The translations under genes and the position numbers were made by a program. A stretch of 64,000 bases of DNA, from NCBI GenBank assembly GCA_951406725.2, contig OX597820.1, forward strand, positions 41,416,001 to 41,480,000. Direction: 5' to 3'. The first letter of the stretch is position 1; every line of letters starts with the position of its first letter. The notes below the pieces were generated by a model. It saw only the letters and a list, made by a program, of their open reading frames with translations. It was not told the DNA's origin and made no database searches. Positions 29,121 to 43,487 of the stretch are shown in pieces. Origin of the DNA: Octopus vulgaris. Lineage: Eukaryota.

Positions 29121-29532
29121 TATATCTGAAATCTTTAGTTCGTTCTAGTAATATATTTTAAATCGCACATATAACTTTTCTAACTTTATAACCTAGATTT
29201 GAAACATTTTAGATGGTTCTATAAACATATAAATTAGACATTTCTGAAAATTCAGAACTTTTTTGAAAGCGTTTGTTAGTTACTTATTTGCTAATATATA
29301 TTTTTATAAATGTTTTTATCACACTTTACATAGATCGTACAGCCTCCGCCCCCGCCTTCTTGTCTATTTTCCCATTCTTAATTCAATTTTATACTAGTTC
29401 TTCCTTGTAATAAATCACTTGTAACTGTACCCTTTTTAACAAGAACTTAGAAAAACTGGAATTAGGAAACCCTAGCACACTTAGCTCTATTCAATAATTT
29501 CTCCTTTAGAATATATGCATATTATGTGTTTG

Positions 29533-29565
<33 letters not shown>

Positions 29566-29740
29566 GTGTTTTTCTTCTTTTGGGGATTAACTATGTATGT
29601 ATGTACGTTTGTATGCATGCATGTAGGTATGTGTATATATATATATATATATATACAAATACACACACATATGTATGTGTGTGTTTATGTGTATGTGAGC
29701 ATATGTCGGTGTGTATGTATGCATATATATATGAGGACAC

Positions 29741-29913
29741 CATGATAGATCGTTAGCTCCTACACGCATTTTTTTTTCTGTGTATCTTTCTGTCGAAGAG
29801 CGTAGGCTCGAAACGTAAAAGACTTTTTCTATTCCTGAGCGTTATACTAATACATTTGTTTGCTTGTACTCCACCTGCCTTCGTCTTTTGCTTATTTTCG
29901 TAAACTTTCCCTT
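29741..29913 (+). mobile_element. Short ORF-less element (family H, PLE pLTR-like) with hammerhead-like motif at 29785-29822
   Basis: Similar to 46600-46798 (-) and 43488-43673; followed by (TA)n. Confidence 0.6.
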
Positions 29914-29914
29914 T

Positions 29915-29982
<68 letters not shown>

Positions 29983-31376
29983 ATGAGTGATTTTGTGTGC
30001 AGCAAAATCCTTAGATGAATATATGAGCATTAACATGTATACAGAGTACTTGCTTTAAGATGTATTGTTGGTTATATGTTCTTTTTTTCTGTATTCAAAT
30101 TCGGGCCAAATTTAGTTTATCATTTCTAGAAATTTAATGTAGTAATTGGATTGTAACATTGCTGCTCTAGTCACTGAATAAATAATGGAAATAATTTATT
30201 AAAACCTATGTTAATAATGCCTGACTTTATTATGCAAGTATCTGAGTTAAAGATTTGAATCCCGAGGGTGACGATTTCCAGTGGTCATTAAGCAATTAAA
30301 AGACGCTTGCTGGTCTTATAGCAGCGAATACATGATAAGAGTTCTATTACCAGTAATGGTGAGGTGAATCTTACAAGAAGCACAATTTGAAAGGCAGTCT
30401 ATACGTCGCTAACAGAAACAAATATTCAATGAAGCAGTAAATGTTTTTAGAAAACATGCCAGAAATAGTAACAAAATGTTACTGATATCAAAGCCTCATT
30501 TATGAGCAATTCGTTACACGATCACTTGAACTGTTTCCAAATCTCCTTTGAATTACACCAGATCCTTCGAAGGAACCGCTAAGCGTTCATTTGAACTGCT
30601 ATAAATAGCAACCAAATCTCCTACAATCATATTCTAACTTCTTAAAATTGTAAGGCACGTTGCATAATATAGTCTTAGTCACCCACTAAAAAAAAACCGC
30701 TAAGAAGATCACGGTTATATTGCTGTTGGTAATCGGTTTGCTGGATCGACGTTGATATGGGGCACAAAACAGCAATAACTACAATAGCTATGTTTATTAC
30801 ATTAAGATATTTTTATCTTGGTAGCGTTGAAATAGCGTCTATTTGAAAATATATGGACTTCAATGAAGTTAAATAACTGCGAAGGTAATAAAAGTTAAAC
30901 AATACGAAACAAAACTAAAGAACAATAAACTAGAATCAAACAAAAATTGCAATCAAACAACAGAGGAGGGAAAAACACAAAAAAAAAGAAACAAAGTAAT
31001 GCAATAACTTTATAAACATCATTGAAAGCAAACAGTGCAATGCTTAATGATATAGCTATTACCTGACCACTCGGCTGGCAAATAATCTGACTACTTACTG
31101 TTTCACCTGCTGAGTTGACTTTATGTGCAACAGATGTAAGAAGGCTTTTCTTGTTACACAAATACAAGCACTCACAGACACGCACGCACACACACACACA
31201 CTCACATCCATATGCACACAAACACATACACGCTCACATAAACAGATGTATAAATGGTATGTCTGTTTCTATGTGCATGTGATAGAGTGTTTACTAACTT
31301 CTTGATAAATACGGCAACTAATTCCGGATTCAGCAGTGCATCATTATTATTATTAATATTATTGACATTATTATTA

Positions 31377-31435
<59 letters not shown>

Positions 31436-31436
31436 C

Positions 31437-32122
31437 TATGTTTGACTTTTGCTTTACATTTGCACAAGCTGGCTCCAAGTCTCACCCAGAGACCTCAAGA
31501 GACAACAAGTTGGAAGTTCGTGTTGGTGTTATGCCTAGGGTGCCATATATTTGGTTTTGCACTCAGTGTTGTATTAGTGAATGCCTAAAAAACCATACGA
31601 AAATTATGTTTGTTTTAAAACTTGAGATTACATAGAAAGTAATTTGCGTAGGATATGAGCAGTTACCATGAGCACTATCTTTTGAATTTCTGCCATTTTT
31701 GGGTTTCCTGGTATCTGAGTTAGGTAGAAATCAGCCCCTTTTGCTATCATTCCCAGGGCATCTATGACAACAAGTATTGTTTTAGTCTTCAGGTTCCACA
31801 TTTTGCTGATTTCTATTTCCAGATCTTTACATTTGCTCAGTTTCTGGTAGGTCTTGACATATACGTTTACGTTGATTGGGACAGTCATATCAATGAGGAG
31901 GCATGTCTTTTGTCTGAAGTCTTTTACTATGATGTCTGGCCTATTCGCATCTATCTTTCTGTCAGTTTGAATGGTGAAGTTCCAGAGGAGTGAGATGTCA
32001 TTTTCAAGCACTGGAGGTGGTTTGTGTTCCCACCAGTTTTTATCATGGGGCAAGTCCAGGCTTTTGCAAATTACCCAGTGAATATATTGTGCAGCTCTAT
32101 CATGCCTGTTGAGATACTCTGT
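31437..32122 (-). mobile_element. 5'-truncated R4/Dong-like non-LTR retrotransposon inserted in (TAA)n
   Basis: RLE-coding 3' end plus ~190-bp 3' UTR; (ATT)n arrays on both sides. Confidence 0.85.
31628..32119 (-). pseudogene. C-terminal restriction-like endonuclease domain of an R4/Dong-type ORF (truncated)
   Basis: Open frame EYLNRHDRAAQYIHW...LLWNFTIQTDRKIDANRPDIIV...CLLIDMTVP...KLSKCKDL...VVIDALG...IQKIVL...TAHILRK*: RHD, RPD..D..K and GALG-like motifs of RLE elements. Confidence 0.85.
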
Positions 32123-33039
32123 ATTATTATTATTATTATTGTGTGTTTTCCAGGGACCTTCAAGAAACGTGATTGGAAAGGATTACGGATTATTCTCAGG
32201 AAATGACAAGAAAGCTTATAACAGAGTGTAAGTACCTAAAAGCATCTAAGGCCCAGATGATAATTGAGCAGCTGAAGCATTATGTCTACAACTAAGAAAA
32301 ATGAATGCTTGCTCAGATGGTTTTCTACGTCATTCCCAGCAACTAAATTTCATCCTCAGAGCTTTCATTGATGCAGTGCTATACACCTATGGGCTGATGA
32401 CACCCATGTTACTGCACATCAGAATCAAACCAGAAGTTGCATAGCTGCAAATCGAACTTTATAACAACACAGACATGCCTGAGTCTATAATTTGATTAAG
32501 GCCACATGAGACAAAATTCCTCGGAGCAGAGATGCTGAGTCACAAATAGTATTTACAAGAGTTCTGCTTTTCATTCCAGGCTTTTATGGGTGTAGAAGCT
32601 CATAGATGTAGAGAACCATAAAGTATAAAAACAACCAACGCAGAATGCGACACCGTTACAAAGAGAGGTGGTAGATCTTCGCTAAGATATACATATTATT
32701 TAGCATGACTCCGCTAAATCATGGTAAATAACGTCCAATTTGGTCAGAATACAATAAAGCAGCGTTGTGGGTATCTCTATACGCAAACAGACGCCTGAGT
32801 GTTCGTGTTCACAAAAACATTTGTTATATTATACCACACTAATAGTTCGCATGTACTTGATTTTAATTACTTTTTACAAATACGTTGATTCTAACTTTCT
32901 TCTGTCTCTAATAGCATCAAGAGTGAAATAGAATTGTATATTGTATATATACTAGGGTGTTTAATGGGATGGTATAGATTGTAGGTTAGATAAGATCGAT
33001 GTACATTCGGGGTGTCCATCCATCAAATTACCTACCTGA

Positions 33040-33109
<70 letters not shown>

Positions 33110-33111
<2 letters not shown>

Positions 33112-33303
33112 TATTTTTTATTTTATTTTATTTTATTTTTTTTGTTCTTTTCTTCCCTTTTACGATCCCTCTTGATCGAAAACCCCTTTTCTTTTTTTTT
33201 CTGTTGTTTCTTTTGTTTTTTGTTTTTTTCATCCCCCAAAAGAAAAGCTCTACCTTGTAACTTGTCCCATCTGTGTGCATCCCTGTGTGACCAATAAATA
33301 AAC

Positions 33304-33306
<3 letters not shown>
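33110..33306 (+). mobile_element. Family F retroelement 3' end inserted in (TCTA)n
   Basis: Same 3' end as the other two copies; (TCTA)n on both sides. Confidence 0.75.
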
Positions 33307-33381
<75 letters not shown>

Positions 33382-33461
33382 GTCTATCTGTCTATCTGTC
33401 TGTCTGTCAGTCTGTCAGTCTCTCTGTCTGTCTTTCTGCTTTTCTGTCTGTTAGTCTATTA

Positions 33462-33496
<35 letters not shown>

Positions 33497-33978
33497 TCAC
33501 AAATACAAAAACAACGCGCGCGCTAGTGTCCATATACTTCGACACTGCGATCGTCATCGGAAACCACGGTATAAATGCGTCATCTGTTTCTAAACATGTA
33601 CAGAACACACTACGGGAGCCTAAGACAGTGCGTATTGCGAGCTATGTAACCACATGTAAACAGCAGCGCCATACTGCATCATTTATACCTGTACAAATAC
33701 ACACACATGCGTCTGTGTATATGTGTGTGTATGTATGAGTGAGTGTGTGTGTATGTGTATATATATTCGCATACGTATACATATAGCTATATACATATAT
33801 ACACACACACATATAACATATGTGCGTACAGGTGTGTGAATAGATATATGTATACGCATACGTATACATATATCTATATATACACACACTCATATATATA
33901 ACATATATGCATACAGGTGTGTGTGTGTGTATATATATATATATAAATATATACATATATATATATTATATATGTATG

Positions 33979-34022
<44 letters not shown>

Positions 34023-34170
34023 TGTATATACATATACACATATACATCAATTCCCTTGGCTTGAAATGTGTTTACTACATACGCATACTTATGGATGCAT
34101 ACATGATACTTGCATGCGTATATTTATCACGAACAATACGCACACACACACGCGCGCCCCTCCTCCTCCA

Positions 34171-34202
<32 letters not shown>

Positions 34203-34239
34203 ACACGCACACACACGTGAATACTGTCCGTACATCTAC

Positions 34240-34400
34240 CTATTTCATCTGTAGATCTCAAGCAGCCATCAATTGGTCTTGATAACTGTGGTTGAGTCAA
34301 CACTGTCCTCCACTCCAAATAATCTTTGTATTCTACATCCGGTCGAAACTTCGATGACAGCATGTTGGGAAGTTCGCACAGACCATATAATCTGTTCATC
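34240..34400 (-). CDS. Candidate internal coding exon of an unidentified host gene
   Basis: Minus strand CTCTAAC branch point, TTCAG acceptor, one open frame ([53 protein letters not shown]), G|GTAGAT donor; non-repetitive composition; no recognised homolog. Confidence 0.3.
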
Positions 34401-36028
34401 CTGAATTATAGGTTAGAGGTTCAGCAATAGGAAACCGCTTAAGTTTATGGAATATCCGGTTCACTCACGCCATTTCTCCCACTATTTCCCTCTTTGGAAT
34501 TCTTTCTACAAATTAAAGCTTTCTTCTACGAGTGAAAAATTTAGGTCTTCCTTCTGATATATATATATGTGTATGTATATATATATATATATATATACGC
34601 ATACACACACATATATATATGTTTGTGTGTGGAGGAGAGCAATTTCACTCTTTCTTCCCTTTTTCTTCTGGTCTCCTTATTTATATATTAAACTGTATTG
34701 TGTCTGTCAGTTTATATGAGCATAGACTGTTAATACCTATGTTTGTATCTGCTCCTTGTTAACTATCTCTCCATCCATCTATCCGTGTATGCACTCATGT
34801 GTATGTACGTATGTATTGTCTATCTATTCTATGTATGCATCTATCTATCTATCTATTTATCTATCTATCTATTATCCGTCTGTCTGTTTGTCTATCTGTC
34901 TGTCTCTCTGTCTATCTATATATCTATCTATCTATCTATCCATCCATTGTCTGTCTGTTTGTCTATCTGTGTGTCTGACTCTCTGTCTATCTATCTATCT
35001 ATCTATCTATCCATCCATCTATCTATTTCTCTATCAGTTTATCTATCTATCTATCTATCTATATCTATATCTATTTGTCTGTATGTCTGTCTGTTTTTTC
35101 TCTGTGTCTCCCTGTTTGTCTATCAATCTATCAATCACATTCTTTCATCCCTCTCTTACTAATCATAAGCGGCTTCATAGTTTCTTCACTTTGTTCTATC
35201 CACTTTCACTTTCACTTTCTGTCTTAAAGATTCGCCTTCCTCCAACTTTATCCTCTGTACACTCCTACACTACTTCCCATCCTTTATATCCTTCTCCGCT
35301 GTCACCCTTCACCTATTTTTGCCTTCTCCATTACTCTTCTCCCATTCTTCCATCATTACTTCGCATCCATCTTTTTTTCCTCTGCTTCTTTCTGTCTCTC
35401 TCTTTCTGTCTCTGTGTTTCCCACTCAGTCGCTCTGTCTGTCTCTCTTCCCTTCGCTCACTTTATCGCAGAAAGTCACTTTCATTCTCTTATATGCACAC
35501 CTCATTAGTTTCAGTATCCGTTAACAAAATATATAAAAGTGAGAGAATGAATGTCATGGGACAAAATAAACTTTATTAATGTCAAAGACGCGAAGAAGAT
35601 CGCCAGAAACGTGTATATCAGAGTTACTTTCCCTTGTTACTCGACAACTGCTGATATGAGAGTTAAAAGAAGTTGTATACTTGAGCATCTGTATGTGTGT
35701 GTGTCTGTTAATGCATACATATACATACATTCACACATATCATGTACGCATTGTTATATGCATATATGTACAAAAATACACACATACATACATCTACGTA
35801 TATTCATACATACGACACACACACATGCATATATATGTATATAGATATACATATATACATACATCCCAGCATATATATATATATATACGCACGCACTCTT
35901 ATTATATCTTTGTGGGGGATATGCGTGTGTAGATAACATTATATCAATACCTGTAGACACTCTCTCAGCAACGTAGCACAGGGCAATGGACACAAAAGCT
36001 CATACACATGGTATACTTTTATGCATGC

Positions 36029-36121
<93 letters not shown>

Positions 36122-36449
36122 ACGATCTATCTGTCTATCTTTCTATTTATCTGTCTATATATACGTATGCCTGTATATATGTCTGTGTATTATGAAAAAG
36201 TGACGTTTAAGCACACACTTTCTCCCATCGTATCTTGATTATATTTTTTCCTCATGTCAAATGAGGCATCAGTCAATTTGGTCTCGTTAGTTGGTCCTCT
36301 CAACCGATACTCTCAACCCCGCAGTCATGCCCTACACATCCTAACGCGTCCATCCACTCTCAGCGATCTCTTAAATATTATTATATCAGTGCGGCGCCCA
36401 TTGCTGTTCGTCATCTCCTACTCCTTTTTCTTCATTCTTCTGTTTCATC

Positions 36450-36735
36450 GACACGATGAGGAAGATGATGAAACTGATGATGGTAATGATGATGATGATG
36501 ATGATGATGATGATTGTGAAAATGATGACGATGATGATGTATGTATTCATGATCATCACACCAACCATCATCATCTTCCTTCTTGTCCTGCTCCTCAGCA
36601 TCATCATCTTCATCATCCTCATCGTCGTCGTTGTCGTTGACGTCACCGTTATCTTTACCGTCACCGACCTCACCATCACCACCATCACCCATATCATGAA
36701 CACCGCCACCACCACCACTACTATTGTCGTCGTCG

Positions 36736-36786
<51 letters not shown>

Positions 36787-37075
36787 CCACCACCACCACC
36801 ACCGCCGCCGCCACCACCACCACCACCACCACCACCACATCCACCACCACCACCACCACCACCACATCACTGTTGCCACAGCCAATACCAGCACCACCAT
36901 TACCACCAACAGCATCTTCATCAACCAACAACACCACACTATCACTAGCACCTGCACTACATCCACTACCAAGGCCACCAGCACTACCACCAGGACTACC
37001 ACAATAACAGCAACAATAGCTGTACCACTTTCACGACCACCATCATAACAGCCACAATCACCATCATCATAGCCA
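36450..37075. repeat. Compound (GAT/CAT/CAC)n trinucleotide low-complexity tract
   Basis: Directly visible. Confidence 0.9.
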
Positions 37076-37599
37076 CAATATACGCTTTTTTCTTCTTCTC
37101 ATTTTACATCTTTATAGTTCTCAACTTTCCTCATTTTCTTTTCTTCTTCTTCTTCTTCCAACAGTCTCACCTCCATTCCTTCCCTTCCTCTTTCACTTAG
37201 TCGTTGTTGTTGCAATGTCTTCTGTTTTCTGACAGCTCCTTGGAGACTCTGTTACTATCGTCAGAAACCACAGCGACCACTCAATCAATCAATTAGCCTC
37301 AGACACTGTTTCTTTACAGTGTACTTCGTAGCATATACACAGAAACACTAACCGAAAACTACTCGCGCATGCACACTCATCAACGCACAAACACACACAC
37401 ACACACACACTCACACACACACACTCACACACATACACATACACACACACACGCGCGCGCGCGCACAAACGCGGACACACGCACATAAACGCACACACAT
37501 TCTCTGTGTTTGTGTCTCTCTTCCTCTGCCTTTCCTCTCGAACTTTATCTCTTTCTTCCACTTGTTAAATCTCTTCTTTTTCATCTGAGTGTGTGTACC

Positions 37600-37752
37600 G
37601 ATGTATGTATGTATGTATGTATGTATGTATGTATGTATGTATGTATGTATGTATGTATGTATGTATGCATTTATGTATGTATGTATGTATGTATGTATGT
37701 ATGTATGTATGTATGTATGTATGTATGTATGTATATATGTATGTATGTATGC

Positions 37753-37783
<31 letters not shown>

Positions 37784-38047
37784 TGTATGTACGTATGTAT
37801 GTACGTATGTCTATCTGTATGTGTGTATGTACATACACGTATAGTTACATATACACATATGTATGTATATATGTATACATGTATATATGTATGTATGTAC
37901 ATACATACATACATACATACATGTATACATATATACATACATATATGTATATGTACGTATACATGTATACATATATACATACATATGTGTATATGTACGT
38001 ATATGTGTATGTATATGTATATATGTTTTCGCTTCATTTTCTAGATA

Positions 38048-38109
<62 letters not shown>

Positions 38110-38190
38110 GTACGTACATACATACATACATGTATACATATATACTTACATATGTGTATAGGTACGTACATGTGTATGTATTTGTATATA
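37600..38190. repeat. (TATG)n/(TA)n microsatellite block
   Basis: Directly visible. Confidence 0.95.
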
Positions 38191-39967
38191 TGTTCTCGTT
38201 TCATTTTCCAGATATCTCATTACAAATGAAAGAGCCAGTTTCTAATTCAGAACTTAGGATCTTTGATTGGGACCCGGACAGCATTAACAACATATTCATG
38301 TATATGTGCAATTACGCATGTATATATATGTATGTATACACTTACGTGCGTGTATATATGTGCAAGAAGCTTGTAAGAAATTGGATATCTTCACATTTTA
38401 ATACGTATATGAACATCTACTCTTGTGTGTAAGTCTTCATGTGTGTAAATGTTCTCACTAATATTTTAGTATATTTTCTAATATTTTTCATAGTTCCACT
38501 GATGGCTTATAGTTGCAATATCTTAATTAGTCATGTCCTTTTTAATTTGAGAAACACAGTTTCCTATTACTAGTGATGAGGCAAGGTAAGTGATAGTTAT
38601 GACCATAAACCTGATGTTACAGTCCGCTTGGATTATTTGTAGATTTCTTATAATTACGCCATATATATTTCCTTTTTTTCTTTATCTTCATACTAACGTC
38701 TGCTGCACAGTTTACTCAACAAATGTGCGCCCTTCTATTTCTCTGTTGCTCATCATCATGTCTGCTCTGTCAACCTACATTTTACAGAGTCTTCGAGAAG
38801 AACATTTCACATATATACTTTAAAAAAACGGATGAGTATGCCCTCCACACTACAGCAGATACTTATATGCAGAAACTTTCTTTCTAAGCATTACATTGCC
38901 ACAGTATTATTTCTCATTGACAGATGGTATTGTGATGACATTATCAGATAGTTGCGTGTGATATGGATTACATCTTCAGCACTAATTCTACAGACGTTGC
39001 ATTGGTTGTTACATCTAGGTTTGTATCTGTGCTGCTATCTCTATTGTGTATCATGCATTTCATTGTTTCCCTGCGCCTGCAATGCTAAAGTATGCCCTTC
39101 AAAGTAAGAGTTAGATATAACCTCTGTTGATCGAAGATGCCCTACTTCTCCCTGACACTTAAAAATTATCTTACAATATAATAATGCGTGACATTCAGTG
39201 GACAAACATATAACATTGCATTTGGTCTCCTGTTGCGTAAATTTTCTGGTTGTCTATTGCTGTTCATCAATCAGGCTATACTTTTCGAGGAATTTGGAAC
39301 TAAATTTGCTTTAGAAAGCCAATATAAAACAAAATGTAAATAAGAATGTAACGAGAGAAGTAAAAAGAAAACAATTCAACGCCGCTTAATGAAATGTGAC
39401 GAAGAGGTGGTTATCAGTCTCTGCAGATATATGGGACAGGAAGGTGTGGCTGCTACAGTTAGAAACAACTGTGACAACAACAAATCTCTTTGGGCAGCTT
39501 GAACCTGTTACTAAACGATGTGGTTAATCTATTGAGGATACACATTTTAATCCTTAAATTCCCAATAATCCGTTCAGTCACCAAAATAATCACCACGATA
39601 TCTAGGGAGTGACATTTCTCTGGAATGAAATACATCTATGGATTTCTTCAATATTGTTTTCGACATAGAATCTACCACAATTACTGCAAACTATTTAGTA
39701 CACTACGTAAGAACGTTAGGACACATCCCAAATTAGCTAGCATGCATATATCGTTGCCTTCTGTTGCACTTTTCCTAGATAGGAATTTACTAACGGGTAT
39801 CTTGTAGTATGCAAATTGTGCATTCAATCTCTCCTCATAGAATACTAGATGGATTGAGGCATTGAGCCTGTCTTTAACGTATGGTTGTTTTACGAATCAT
39901 ATACATTCTCCGCAAGTGTGACACTTCCTTGAAGGCATCCGGCCTGCTTCGCACTTACTGAATGATA

Positions 39968-40203
39968 TTTATTTCTTTACTACCCACAAGGGGCTAAACA
40001 CAGAGGGGACAAACAAGGACAGACAAATGGATTAAGTCGATTACATCAACCCCAGTGCGTAACTGGTACTTACTTTATCGACCCCGAAAGGATGAAAATG
40101 CAAAGTCGACCTCGGCGGAATTTGAACTCAGAACGTAACGACCGACGAAATACGGCTACGCATTTCGCCCGGCGTGCTAACGTTTCTGCCAGCTCGTCGC
40201 CTT
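39968..40203 (-). mobile_element. SINE family E, near-complete copy
   Basis: Minus strand GGCGACGAGCTGGCAGAAACGTTAGCACGCCGGGCG...TTCTGAGTTCAAATTCCGCCGAGGTCGAC...CCCCTTGTGGGTAGTAAAGAAATA. Confidence 0.8.
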
Positions 40204-40321
40204 GAATGATATTGTGTAACTGTTGCCTTTTCAGGTGTGTATCTTATATACGCAAAAGATATAGCCAGATATACAAAACACTTAGTGCGAGACAGGATAT
40301 AAAACATAAAAAGGATGCAAC

Positions 40322-40371
<50 letters not shown>

Positions 40372-40991
40372 GTATTTCTATGGATGTTCACTTTCATATT
40401 TTGAGTACAGTTTGTTTATATATGCTTGCATGTATGCATGTATGCGATTGTAAGTGTGTATGTGATTGTAAGTGTCTGTGCGTGTGTGTGTGTGTGCATC
40501 TGTGCGTGCTTGCGTGCATATGTATGTATGCGTGTGCATAATGTACGCATGCATTCATTTATAAATATTTATATGTATAATTTTTCGAAATTGCTAAATT
40601 TATAGCGCTGCTCAGTAAAATCGATTGTTAGATTGTGGAAAACACCATGAAAGAAAGTCTCACACTGATAATTTTGTATATATTACTTATATATAATGCG
40701 TATATGTTCATATACGTTTATACACATATATATATATATCTGTGCATAACACTTTTTTATGCCTGTATGTGTATGCATGTGTGCGTGTGTATGCGTCTGT
40801 GAGTAGATAATGAGTCAAATTTCTAAGATGTGTAACACACTCATTCATCATTTATCATTAAAATTCAATATGTGTTTCAGAATCTTGTTTCTGTTGAACT
40901 ACGTGTTTTTTTTAGTGCAAATGTGTCTGTTTGTATCTAAGATTGCATGTGTATATATGTGTGTGTATATGTGTGCGCGTGTATGTGTGTG

Positions 40992-41032
<41 letters not shown>

Positions 41033-41435
41033 GTGTATGTGTGTATCAATGTCTGTATGTAAGCATATGTGTACGTATATATATGTATACATACACACAC
41101 ACGCACATACACACACACACACACATATAAGGATGTACGTACGTATGTATATATGTAAGTAAGCAGGCGTATACGTATTTGTGTATGAAAAGAGTTTTTT
41201 TTATGTTTATCTATACTTATACGCTCGTGCATCAGTATGTGTACGTGGAGGTAGTGTGTGTGTGTGTGCGCGCGTGCACGTTTACTTAGGCTTCGATCTA
41301 TGGGAACTTGTGTGTAATGGAGTATATAGCGTTATGGACGACATTGAGACAGCTTTGGAGTTTAAGTATACATATAACTCACACGCATAAACACATAGAT
41401 ACATAATATATACAACTGTATTTATACATACGTAT

Positions 41436-42250
41436 TATTGGCTTCAAATTTTGGCACAAGGCCAGCAAAATCGGAGGTGTGGGGTAGTCACTAACATCGA
41501 CTCTAGTGCTCATTTGGTACTTACTTTAATCGACCCCGAAGGGAGTGAAAGGCAAAATCAACCTCGGCGGCATTTGAACTCAGAACGTAAGGTAGAAAGA
41601 AATACCACTAACCATTTTTCCCAGTACGGTAACGGTTCTTTTCTTCCCTTGGCACAAGCCCCGAAATTTTCGGGGAGCAGCCAGTCGATTGCATCGACCC
41701 CAGTACGCAACTGGTATTTAATTTATCGACCCGGAATGGATGAAAGGCAAAATCGACCTCGGCGGAATTTGAACTCAGAACATGAAGACAGACGAAATAC
41801 CTATTTCTTTACTACGCACAAGGGGCTAAACACAAAGAGGACAAACAAGGACAGACAAACGGATTAAGTCGATTAGATCGACCCCAGTGCGTAACTGGTA
41901 CTTATTTAATAGACCCCGAAAGGATGAAAGGCAAAGTCGACCTCAGCGGAATTTGAACTCAGAACGTAGCGGCAGACGAATTACCTATTTCTTTACTACC
42001 CGCAAGGGGCTAAACACAGAGGAGACAAACAAGGACAGACAAACGGATTAAGGTGATTACATCGACCCAGTGCGTAACTGGTACTTAATTTATTGACCCC
42101 GAAAGTATGAAAGGCAAAGTCGACCGCGGCGGAATTTGAACTCAGAACGTAACGGCAGACGAAATACGGCTACGTATTTCGTCCGGCGTGCTAACATTTC
42201 TGCCAGCTCGTCGCCTTAGCACGGTAACGATTCTGCCAGCTCGCCGCCTT
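41436..42250 (-). mobile_element. Head-to-tail cluster of four family E SINE bodies plus head fragments
   Basis: GAAAGGCAAA.TC.ACC.C.GCGG.ATTTGAACTCAGAAC recurs near 41547, 41742, 41926 and 42109. Confidence 0.8.
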
Positions 42251-43487
42251 TTCATGCATTTTTTTTTTAATGAAGCAACATATATACCAAGATGGCTGGA
42301 TCAAGTTGTTATTGAACAACGAATTTAGCTTCATAAATAGGGACTCTAGAGATGATCATGCTATCTGGGACAATTAAAATCTGTATGACCCTCTTAAGGT
42401 TAAATGGCTGCGAAATGTATGACGAAGTGTAAATATTCCCATTTTTTCGAAAACAATATTATTTATGACCTTCCTACTAAGCAGGTGGCCTGTCAGAATA
42501 CACGTTCTAATTCGGAAGAGTAAACATGTGTAACTACTTTCACTCCTTCATACTTACGAGGTCACTCGAATCAAAACAAAAAAGAAAGAAGAAGAAAAAA
42601 AACTGCCAATATTCGTTTATTTTTAAAGAAATTAACTACTTAAAATTTAACTGTTCTTGTCTCCTTCAGAATAGCTGTCTTTGCTGTCGATACACCATTC
42701 TCAACGTTTGTTTTGAAACGGATGTCATGGGGCGTTTGAGGGAGGCACATAGAAGGAAAAGACAAACAGATGCTAAAGCATAATAGTACACCTGCTCATA
42801 TATATATGCGTGTGTGTTTGTGTGTGTGTGTTTCTCTCTCTCGTGCACATACATATATATATACATACGTGTGTGTATCGGCGATAACATTATCTTGCTT
42901 GAAACAATAATTACTTTATAGCTGTATTTTCTGTCAATGATACCAAACACTCCGATCAATTGATTAACCCCTAACTCCAGATCGCTTTCATTCTAATTCC
43001 CTATCACCCATGATTTCCCTTGACTCATTCGGGTGAAGCGTGACTGATAAACACCCGTCTCCCAGCCACATTAATTATACATCTCCTACTATCACTCTAC
43101 TACTGATAGCATCCTACTTTTACACTCCTATATTAACTCCTTAACTAGCAGGTAAATAGTTATAAACAGCTAATTACAATATGCGGATGTTCAAAAGAAG
43201 CTTTGTAAACTAAGTATCCTCATGAATATGATAAACAATGCTCAATACGTATTGAAGACTAAGTATTTATTATAAATTCCATGCGCATATTTATAGAATA
43301 TCTGTGGATTCTTTCTTTATTAGTCTTAACAAGAAACTTATTGTAATAATAGTCAACTTTACTTGTACACGAATACACGATCATATGTGTGTGTATGGGA
43401 ACATATATGCATACATACATACATAAAAACATACACACTAACCCGCACATACACTTACGTATATATATATATATATATATATATATA

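Noticed and set aside
41436-42250. Regularly spaced repeats resembling a CRISPR array
   Set aside because: Units are ~190-bp SINE bodies also found dispersed; no unique spacers, no cas genes, eukaryotic context.
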